A stretch of 63,015 bases of DNA, counting the filler, from Octopus bimaculoides (Eukaryota), in NCBI RefSeq assembly GCF_001194135.2. It is 4 parts of 4 records of this genome, joined end to end, with 100 filler letters (N's around TTAATTAATTAA, not from the genome) between each part and the next. Parts side by side here need not be neighbours in the genome. Positions count along the whole stretch, not along the records: positions 23,555 to 40,151 come from NC_069000.1; positions 40,252 to 57,150 come from NC_069009.1; positions 57,251 to 63,015 come from NC_069004.1; 1 more part is not named here. One strand, written 5' to 3'. The notes beneath the pieces are model-generated. The model was not told the origin of the DNA and did not search any database. It saw only the letters and a program-made list of their open reading frames with translations. Within the stretch, counting starts at the first letter, position 1. Each line of letters starts with the position of its first letter. Position numbers and translations under genes: made by a program. Positions 28,130 through 63,015 of this stretch are shown in pieces.

Positions 28130-28515
28130 CTGTTCAGCGATTACACCAACCACAGTGATCAACTGATACTTATTGTATCGACCCAGAGAGGATAAAAGAC
28201 AAATTCGACCTCGGTGGAATTCGAAAGCACAACGCAAAGACTGATGAAATGCCATTAAGTGTTTTGCCGGCGTATTAACGATTCTTATTTCTTTATTGCC
28301 CACAAGGAGGTAAACATAGAAGGGACAAACAAGGACAGGCAAAGGAATTAAGTCGATTACATCGACCACAGTGCGTAACTGGTACTTAATTTATCGACCC
28401 CGAAAGGATGAAAGGCAAAGACGACCTCAGCGGAATTTGAACTCAGAACGTAACGGCAGACGAAATACCGCTAAGCATTTCGCCCGGCGTGCTAACGATT
28501 CTGCCAGCTCGCCGC
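28130..28515 (-). mobile_element. tRNA-derived SINE(s), reverse orientation
   Basis: Reverse complement of the ggcggcgagctggcagaatcgttagcacg head and gtaatcgact tail. Confidence 0.8.
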
Positions 28516-29394
28516 CTTGCTTCTGCTAAATATTAATATAGAGGGCGCGGCAGAAGTCACACCCGTTTATTTAGTAATTTTCATAGTACAAAAAAAAATT
28601 TATTTAGTAATTTTTATTGTACAAAAATTTATTGAGTGGCTGTGTGGTAAGCNNNNNNNNNNNNNNNNNNNNNNNNNNNNNNNNNNNNNNNNNNNNNNNN
28701 NNNNNNNNNNNNNNNNNNNNNNNNNNNNNNNNNNNNNNNNNNNNNNNNNNNNNNNNNNNNNNNNNNNNNNNNNNNNNNNNNNNNNNNNNNNNNNNNNNNN
28801 NNNNNNNNNNNNNNNNNNNNNNNNNNNNNNNNNNNNNNNNNNNNNNNNNNNNNNNNNNNNNNNNNNNNNNNNNNNNNNNNNNNNNNNNNNNNNNNNNNNN
28901 NNNNNNNNNNNNNNNNNNNNNNNNNNNNNNNNNNNNNNNNNNNNNNNNNNNNNNNNNNNNNNNNNNNNNNNNNNNNNNNNNNNNNNNNNNNNNNNNNNNN
29001 NNNNNNNNNNNNNNNNNNNNNNNNNNNNNNNNNNNNNNNNNNNNNNNNNNNNNNNNNNNNNNNNNNNNNNNNNNNNNNNNNNNNNNNNNNNNNNNNNNNN
29101 NNNNNNNNNNNNNNNNNNNNNNNNNNNNNNNNNNNNNNNNNNNNNNNNNNNNNNNNNNNNNNNNNNNNNNNNNNNNNNNNNNNNNNNNNNNNNNNNNNNN
29201 NNNNNNNNNNNNNNNNNNNNNNNNNNNNNNNNNNNNNNNNNNNNNNNNNNNNNNNNNNNNNNNNNNNNNNNNNNNNNNNNNNNNNNNNNNNNNNNNNNNN
29301 NNNNNNNNNNNNNNNNNNNNNNNNNNNNNNNNNNNNNNNNNNNNNNNNNNNNNNNNNNNNNNNNNNNNNNNNNNATATATATATATATACGAAT

Positions 29395-29605
29395 GTGTGT
29401 TTGTGTGTCTGTGCTTGTGCCCCCACCATCGCTTGACAACCGATGCTGGTGTGTTTACGTCCCCGTAACTTAGCGGTTCGGCAAAAAGAGACCGATAGAA
29501 TAAGTACTAGGCTTCCAAAGAATAAGTCCTGGGGTCGAATCTCTTGACTAAAGGCGGTGCTCTAGCATGGCCGCAGTCATATGACTGAAACAAGTAAAAG
29601 AGTAA
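29395..29605. mobile_element. SINE 3' portion (recurrent family)
   Basis: cttgacaaccgatgctggtgtgtttacgtccccgtaact...gactgaaacaagtaaa; related copies at about 32340-32550, 33465-33640 and 57745-57935. Confidence 0.75.
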
Positions 29606-29734
29606 AAGAGTACAGTAGTTAAAGAAATAGGAAAAAAAAACAGAATTAATAAAAATAAATTGCAGTAGTTTTAAGAAATTTATTAAGTATTGCTCCATCA
29701 AAATAACGTAATTCATTATGATAAAAAAATTATT

Positions 29735-30113
29735 TAACATGTTCAAAACTCACCCGTTCATGTTCAGTACAATGCCGAACACTACCAGCAACACTTCTAC
29801 AAACCTTTTGACACATTTTCACGTTAATTGCGGAACATTTATCAGAAATTGCTTGTTTTAATTCATGAATTGTTTTCGGTTTGAGGGAGTAAACAAGATC
29901 TTTGAATACAGCCATAAGAAAAAGTCTGGTGGTGTTAGGTCTGGTGATCGTGATGGGCACTCAGTTGCTCCACGTTGTCCAATCCATATCACCTCAAAAT
30001 TAAGGGATTTAACCATTCCTGAACGTTTTGCCCATAGTGAGGTGGTGCACCATCCTGTTGAAAGCAGAAAGCCATAAAAATTATACAAATAACAAAGGGC
30101 GTTACTTCTGTCG
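29735..30113 (-). mobile_element. Tc1/mariner-superfamily transposase C-terminal fragment
   Basis: PSRSPDLTPPDFFLW...KDLVYSLKPKTIHELKQAI. Confidence 0.85.
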
Positions 30114-31625
30114 NNNNNNNNNNNNNNNNNNNNNNNNNNNNNNNNNNNNNNNNNNNNNNNNNNNNNNNNNNNNNNNNNNNNNNNNNNNNNNNNNNNNNNN
30201 NNNNNNNNNNNNNNNNNNNNNNNNNNNNNNNNNNNNNNNNNNNNNNNNNNNNNNNNNNNNNNNNNNNNNNNNNNNNNNNNNNNNNNNNNNNNNNNNNNNN
30301 NNNNNNNNNNNNNNNNNNNNNNNNNNNNNNNNNNNNNNNNNNNNNNNNNNNNNNNNNNNNNNNNNNNNNNNNNNNNNNNNNNNNNNNNNNNNNNNNNNNN
30401 NNNNNNNNNNNNNNNNNNNNNNNNNNNNNNNNNNNNNNNNNNNNNNNNNNNNNNNNNNNNNNNNNNNNNNNNNNNNNNNNNNNNNNNNNNNNNNNNNNNN
30501 NNNNNNNNNNNNNNNNNNNNNNNNNNNNNNNNNNNNNNNNNNNNNNNNNNNNNNNNNNNNNNNNNNNNNNNNNNNNNNNNNNNNNNNNNNNNNNNNNNNN
30601 NNNNNNNNNNNNNNNNNNNNNNNNNNNNNNNNNNNNNNNNNNNNNNNNNNNNNNNNNNNATATACATATGCGTGCAGGGCGGAGTTATTGATGGATGTAT
30701 ACGTGAGTGAACGATTGTATAGATATGTACGCGTGGGATGACATATGCATATATAAATGTGTGTTTATATAGCATAAGTGTGTACGTATGAGTGTGTGGG
30801 TTTGTGTGAGCACATGCTGGTGTGTGTGTGTGTGTGTGTGTGTTGTGTCAGTGTGTGCATTGTTTAAGGGAAAGAAATGTCTTTTACAGTTGATATTTTT
30901 TTTTTTTTTTTTTTACTTTGGCGTGGCTGAATAATTATTTTGATTACAATCCCATAAATGTGTTGTAATGGACATAATGGTAACTGTTAAGTGGCTATGA
31001 CTGCTTATGATATTGTAGATGATATTACTGTTGTTGCTGCTACTACTGTTGTTGTTGTTGTTATTGTTATTGTTGTTGTTGTTGCCGTTGTTGTTGTTGT
31101 TTTTGCTGCTTAGTTCCTGTTGAGCCCTGCTTGAAAAGACCTATCATTAAATGTATTTTAACCCTCACCATCCGGTCTATTCAGCAATTATCCAATGCTT
31201 TATCTTTGAGGTAGAGATAAAGGAGGTAGAGAATGATTTGAGGCAGATTTGACTACTATTTTTAACAGGTCAAGTGATTGCTATATTATTTATTGTTTTT
31301 GTGGTTGTTGTTCATGATGATTAACTGCAAAAAGGTCTTGTATGTACAGAACTATGGTTAAAGACATTATGTCCCAGACCGAGGTTAAGAAGCTCCTTGT
31401 CCCACTACGTGGCACCTTGGGCAAGTATCTTCTAATATAGTTCCGGATATGTGCGTGAGTGCGCGCGCGCGCGTGTTTGTGTGTATGCATGCATGTACGC
31501 GTGTGTTTGTATGTATGTATGGACATACAGAGAGACAGACTGAGCAGTCCAAAGGCTGAAACAATAAAATAAAGAAATGTATCCAGAACCACGCCCTTTG
31601 TTCATAATAGTGATGGTGTTTTTCT

Positions 31626-31775
31626 TTATTGTGATGAGGATGATGATGATGATGATGACGTCGACGACGATAATGATGACGATGATGATGATGACGACGA
31701 CGACGACGACGACGACGATGATGACGACGATGATGATGACGAGGATGATGATGAGAATGATGATGATGATGAGAA
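31626..31775. repeat. (GAT/GAC)n microsatellite
   Basis: Directly visible. Confidence 0.9.
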
Positions 31776-32039
31776 TAAGTACCAGACTTTAAAATAAGTC
31801 GAAAATCCTTCGAGGCAGTTCCCTAGCGTGGTTGCATTCCAATGACTGAAACAAGTAAAAGATTAAAATAACGTTAAGAGATTCGTGATACTTTCAAGAA
31901 ACAGAATTTCTACTTAATTAACAGGCTTACCTGTTGTAGATATCAGAACGTCTCCGATAACCAATTAAATTTTCCAGGTGAATTCTGCATGTGAATAAAT
32001 ATAGAGGAAGCCGACGTAGAATACACACCCAGGCGAACA

Positions 32040-32550
32040 AAAGAATTAAGCCAAGGCGTGGTTGTGTAATGAGAAGCTTGCTTCCCAACCACATACTTCT
32101 GGGTTCAGTCCCACTGCGTACCACCTTTCGCAAGTCTCTTCTATTATAACCTCGAGCCGACGAAAGCCACGTCAGTGGATTTGGTAGACTGAAAGTGAAA
32201 GAAGCCCGTTGTATGTATGTATGTATGTATGTATGTATGTATGTATGTATGCATGTATGCATGTATGTATGTATGTATGTATGCATGTATGCATGTATGT
32301 ATGTATGTATATATGTATGTGTGCGTGAGCGTGTCTATGTTTGTCACACACCACCAACACCACCACCACCACCACCACTTGACAACCGGTGTTGATGTGT
32401 TTGTGTCCCGTAACTTTGCGATTGAGCAAAAGAAAGCGGTAGAATAAGTATGAAGGCTTTACACAAAAAAAAAAAAAAATACTGGGGTCGATTCATTCGA
32501 CTAAAATTCTTCATGGCCGCAGTCTTATGACTGAAACAAGTAAAAGATAA
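32040..32550. mobile_element. SINE with internal (ATGT)n and (CAC)n tracts
   Basis: ggcgtggttgtgt...gggttcagtcccactgcgt...gaaagaagccc head, as at 39935-40095. Confidence 0.75.
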
Positions 32551-32976
32551 AAGTTAAAAGAAGAACTGAGATTATACGCAATAAACAAAAGGTGAAAGAT
32601 AATACCAAAATAAAATAACAAAAAACTACAAATAGTGACTTCGGTGAATGTTATATAATTCAATCAATAAAGAATTTAGGGCTTCAGTTTGGAAAGTTCA
32701 GCTACGGTAAAAGTTCACAGCAATACCAAAACTGGAAATTCCAAACAATCCTTTCAACGAAACATACAAAATCTAAGAAAATGTATATATTTGAAAGCAA
32801 ATATATCTATCAGTGAGATTGCTAAATCGTCCGGTGTCGATTCGCTCGTTCATTCTTTTCTCATGTTTCCAAAAAGAACATGTTAGATAAGATAGACACA
32901 GATACTATACACTCTGTCAGAGGCAAAGACTGTATGGTTATACACACCTTTGTGTGTATGTGTGTGTGAGTGTGTC

Positions 32977-33038
<62 letters not shown>

Positions 33039-34940
33039 TGTATTTGTCTGTATTAACATATATGTATACATGCACACAGGGTGATGGCGCTTGGCTAAGT
33101 GCTTAGGGTGTTGATCTCACGATTGCCGTGGTACACTGTGTTCTTGAGTANNNNNNNNNNNNNNNNNNNNNNNNNNNNNNNNNNNNNNNNNNNNNNNNNN
33201 NNNNNNNNNNNNNNNNNNNNNNNNNNNNNNNNNNNNNNNNNNNNNNNNNNNNNNNNNNNNNNNNNNNNNNNNNNNNNNNNNNNNNNNNNNNNNNNNNNNN
33301 NNNNNNNNNNNNNNNNNNNNNNNNNNNNNNNNNNNNNNNNNNNNNNNNNNNNNNNNNNNNNNNNNNNNNNNNNNNNNNNNNNNNNNNNNNNNNNNNNNNN
33401 NNNNNNNNNNNTGTGTGTGTGTGTGTGTGTGTATGTGTCTGTGTTCTTTTTGTTATTATTTTTACTTCTTTCAGTCATTTAACTGCGGCCATGCTGGAGC
33501 TCTGCCTCCAAGAGTTTTTAGTCGAATAAATCGAAACCAGGACAAATTTTTCAAAGGGTTTAGTACTTATTATATCCGGCCTTTTTGCCAAACCGGTAAG
33601 TTTGAGGGACGTAAACACACCAACGCTAATTGTCACAGACACAATAGGCACACACACATAGATACATACGTACACACATACATATATATATACATATATA
33701 ACGTCGAAAATCCAATTGAAAACAATGATTAGAGGAGGTCTTCACGGCTATTTTAAGACGAAAACCAGCTTCCTAACTTTATTCCTTGCCGAGATATCGC
33801 ATTCTGAAAGTCGCAAGACTTTTTCTCGGTTTTTAAGTTGTGGCGCTGACGATGGTCTTTTACCAAACGCCTCCAATATAGGTGAGATTTTTATCTCTCC
33901 ATTCTGAAGACGTAGACCAAATCTATCCAATGTTTATTTGATTTCATTACGAGTTGCATATTCTAGTGAACTATATCTGCCAACATTATGAAGTAACACT
34001 GAGTCCTCAGAAACAGCTGGTGGACTTGTAACACAATACCCCCTCCTCTTATTTTTTTAATGTCTTTTTTACTCTGTGAAGGTTTGCTCTGGGAATATAC
34101 AAATCTCTATATATTTATACTTGAATATTTATCGTCTGAAAATGTTCACTCTTTGCTACATGTATATATATTTTGTATATCAAACCCAAGCAGTTTTATT
34201 TGTTTATTTGCCTCACCTTCTCTCTCTATATATATATCACTTTCATATATATATGTGTATAAATGATTACTTCACAATGTCCCTTCAAAAGCTAATTTGA
34301 ATAGCGAAAACCGGTTGGATATCACGACATCCATAGAATATGTATANNNNNNNNNNNNNNNNNNNNNNNNNNNNNNNNNNNNNNNNNNNNNNNNNNNNNN
34401 NNNNNNNNNNNNNNNNNNNNNNNNNNNNNNNNNNNNNNNNNNNNNNNNNNNNNNNNNNNNNNNNNNNNNNNNNNNNNNNNNNNNNNNNNNNNNNNNNNNN
34501 NNNNNNNNNNNNNNNNNNNNNNNNNNNNNNNNNNNNNNNNNNNNNNNNNNNNNNNNNNNNNNNNNNNNNNNNNNNNNNNNNNNNNNNNNNNNNNNNNNNN
34601 NNNNNNNNNNNNNNNNNNNNNNNNNNNNNNNNNNNNNNNNNNNNNNNNNNNNNNNNNNNNNNNNNNNNNNNNNNNNNNNNNNNNNNNNNNNNNNNNNNNN
34701 NATGTATAAAATATTTTTCGTAAAAAGATATTAAACTATGTGAAACGAAGGCATTTCTCTTCCACTTTTTATATGTTTTCAACATATTTTCACACTATAT
34801 ATATACATATATATATATCTGAGTGCCTCGGCATTTTCAAGCATGTTGGAGACAGGTATAATTATATATATATACATCGCCATGATAGATCGCTAGCCAC
34901 TACACATTCTTTTTGCTCTCCTTGTTTCTTTCTGTGTTCC

Positions 34941-35045
34941 TTTCTGTGGAAGAGCGTAGGCTCGAAACGTTAAAGACTTTTTCACTTCCCGAGCGTTATA
35001 CTAATACATCTGTTTGTTGTCTACACCACCTGTCGTCGTCTTTTT
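34941..35045 (+). mobile_element. Penelope-like terminal repeat fragment with hammerhead-like core
   Basis: CTGTGGA-A-GAGC gtag GCTC-GAAA-CGTT; the element assignment is inferred from family resemblance. Confidence 0.4.
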
Positions 35046-36369
35046 TTTTTTTCTCGAAATGGCTGGAGCGTTACAAGTGCTTTGTAGTTAGAGGATCTTA
35101 CATTGAATTAGGTTAAAGTTTTGTACTTCTTTGAAATTAATAAATTTTTCCTGAAAAAGTTTCAAAACTTTTGGAATGCACCGCGTATATTTAAACCCGA
35201 ATCTAAGAAACAACCCAATTGGATCTTTGTTATTGTTTTCGACGCGGTCATGTTTGTCGTGGTTGTTGTTGATGTTTATGTTGTTGTTGCTCTTTGGCTC
35301 CATGCTAACCTCGATTGGACAGACCTATTATCAAATGCATTTCAATTGCGAGCATCTGAATTTCTTTATACCTGGTAGGCACATACCCGTACCATACTAT
35401 CGAATATTGTTTTTTTTTCAAGTTGTTAGTTTTGCTGCTACTTCTTGAAAGTCGAGTTCCTTTAACTCTTCTGAAACTAGTGTTTATATTAGTTAGTACT
35501 TTAATGCATAGCTTAGAATAAGGTCGAGTAAAATGTTCTCATTTAACTAAATATTCATTACACTTATGAAAGGGGAATGAGGAAGGAGTATGCGCACTGA
35601 ACTTAGCTGTGTTTGATTGTTATGTAAGACTTTTGGCCTCCATCTGGCACCGTATAGCGGTACGAACATAAATTTATTATAACTGTTGTTGTAAGTGTTA
35701 TTTCTTCCTGAAAAAATATCAACTCTCAATGAAATGTTTGTAGAGGTTTCTTTTATTCATTATGGTCTTATCGTTCCATGAAAAATTCATTTTGGCACAC
35801 GACAGACCGCACAGGAAGTTGCTCGTCCACCATGTTGTGTTTTCTTTTCCTTTTATATTTTGTTATTGTCATTTGTTTTGTTGTTGCTGTTTTTATTGTT
35901 TTAATTTTGATTTTCTGCCTGCTTTCATGTTATTTATTTATTTTATATTTTACAATATATTTTAATGTTTTTACATTAGTAACCGCTTCCGTATAAACAG
36001 TAACATGTGGACATGCATTTCATTAAATCGTCTCCTCCATCTTTAATATTAATATTATTACCATCATTATATTTCCCTCTCCAACAAAAATGTGGCTTTG
36101 TGCCAATGCTGGGACTTATTATTATTGTTGTTGTTGTTCAGCACTCTTATTTTGATACGTGCTTTCACTAAATAGCTGAACCCATGTCTGTGTACTTTGA
36201 ATACATGCTGGGCTTTCTTGTGTTTTTTATTGTATTATGAATACTGTGCGTAATATAAATATATATATATAGAACATGTGTAAGTCCTAGGTTTAGGGTA
36301 TATAGCTGTATGCATTTCCTTTTAATCATTCACGGGATCGTATCTGTTCTCAGTTCCCACATTTTAGTT

Positions 36370-36620
36370 AACTCTCAAGGATCAAAGGTCCTTCACTAGC
36401 CATCGGCTAATAAGGCCGGTTCCCGGATTCTGTGGCACAAATATTCCCTCCATCGTCAATGGGGCGCTGGTTCGTCGCAAGGTCACTCAGTTTTTTTACA
36501 AGTGAACTGGAGCAATGTGAAATGAAGTGTTTTGCGCAAGAACACAAGGCATCGACCGGTCCAGGAATCGAAAGCACAGTCCTATGATCATGAAGGCAAC
36601 ATCTTAACTAATAATCAACG
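36370..36620 (-). mobile_element. tRNA-derived SINE
   Basis: ctggagcaatgtgaaatgaagtgttttgcgcaagaacacaa...aggaatcgaa; related copies at 54820-55090 and 60570-60830. Confidence 0.75.
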
Positions 36621-36796
36621 CACCTCGATTTAGTTATCCTTATTTCTTAATAAATATAATTTCTAAATTTCATTTAGATTTACATTATCGTCTGTTGGAA
36701 CTGATAATTCGATCAACTAGAACTTTCCTTCTTCATGGTTTCTATCAGCAATATCAGATTAATTTATTCGTATCTTAATCTCTTTGTTTGAATAGA

Positions 36797-62010
<25,214 letters not shown>

Positions 62011-62159
62011 AAATGATTTGTGTTTAAGTTTAAAATATAATATAATTGACACTGTGTCTCCATTTCTCTGTCAATCTCTGTCTTTCTCAGTTTGTCCGTC
62101 TACTAAAAGATGACATTCATATAATTGGAATTATCTCTCTTGGGTATCATACACTAGAG

Positions 62160-62553
62160 CAGTGGTTTTCAACTGGGGTCCATATGACCCCTGGGGGTCC
62201 ATATGACCCTTGGGGGTCCATGTAAGACTTTTGGGGGTCCACACCAACAAAATAGTAAATTGGGAATCCATCGTTGTATCATAAGAGTCCATGAAAAAAA
62301 AATGATACTTTCGATGTATTTATTGCACGAAGCAACTCAATTTCTTTCTCAAATGTTTTACATAGTTCAATCTACACAAGTGAATGTGTGAAAAACATAA
62401 TAGTAATTTTGAAAGAAGTGTTTTTAAAACTAGTTTTTAAATATCGCATGGCTATTGGCGGGAGACGGGATCTACAAGAATAGGATAACAATCAAAGGGG
62501 TCCAAAGATTAAAAAAAAAAAATACAAAGAAGAAAAGCGATTGAGAATCATTG
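62160..62553. mobile_element. hAT-type MITE
   Basis: Imperfect TIRs cagtggttttcaa / ttgagaatcattg; 8-bp TSD cactagag (62152-62159) / tactagag (62554-62561). Confidence 0.85.
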
Positions 62554-62976
62554 TACTAGAGTTTTACCAATTATCTGTCGGATAACATTGAGAACACTTG
62601 CCAAGTACAAATGATATATGTTGCAGTTTATTGGTAATGTGTTTCCATCTTTCTGTCTATTTCTGTCTTTCTCTGTTTATCCGTTCCTAAAGGGAGATAA
62701 CATTCATATAATTGGAATTATCTCCCTTAGTTCCTATACGGTAGAGAGTTATATCTCTCATGGGGTAGGTAACGCTGGGAACAATACTTTTGCACTTATT
62801 ACCATTTGCAGATAAAAGCTGCAATTATTAATAGTAAAACGTTAATATTGTTATTAACAATATATATTTATTGAAAATATACAAAGAAAAATTTGCTTAA
62901 ATTCAATTTAATCTAGGTTCAATAAATTTTTTCATTTTAAAATTGGTATTCAATATTATCCTATATTATATATAGG

Positions 62977-63015
<39 letters not shown>

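Overview
AT-rich, microsatellite-dense eukaryotic DNA from a gapped short-read assembly. The SINE families, microsatellite load and intron style point to an octopod cephalopod (inference). Most of the window is degraded transposons (mariner, Tc1, CR1/L2-like, RTE, Penelope-like, HERO-like LINE, hAT MITE), tRNA-derived SINEs and simple repeats, and most ORF-track entries are repeat or N-gap artefacts. Small GT-AG exons on the + strand, mostly invisible in the ORF track, assemble into one long gene. It has a probable signal-peptide exon (36797-36880), five 72-nt LRR exons, an LRR C-terminal cap exon, two exons for a 12-Cys Ly6/uPAR (three-finger) domain, and three exons for a Cys-loop receptor ligand-binding domain that stops where TM1 would begin (AChBP-like). 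The 11 exons from 41447 to 62010 join in one uninterrupted frame of 468 codons plus stop if the distal AG at 59273-59274 is used. The predicted product is a secreted LRR + three-finger + AChBP-like fusion protein. Main caveat: the model crosses two artificial 100-bp scaffold-join spacers (N44-TTAATTAATTAA-N44), one of them between the three-finger and AChBP-like parts, so cDNA or long-read confirmation is needed.
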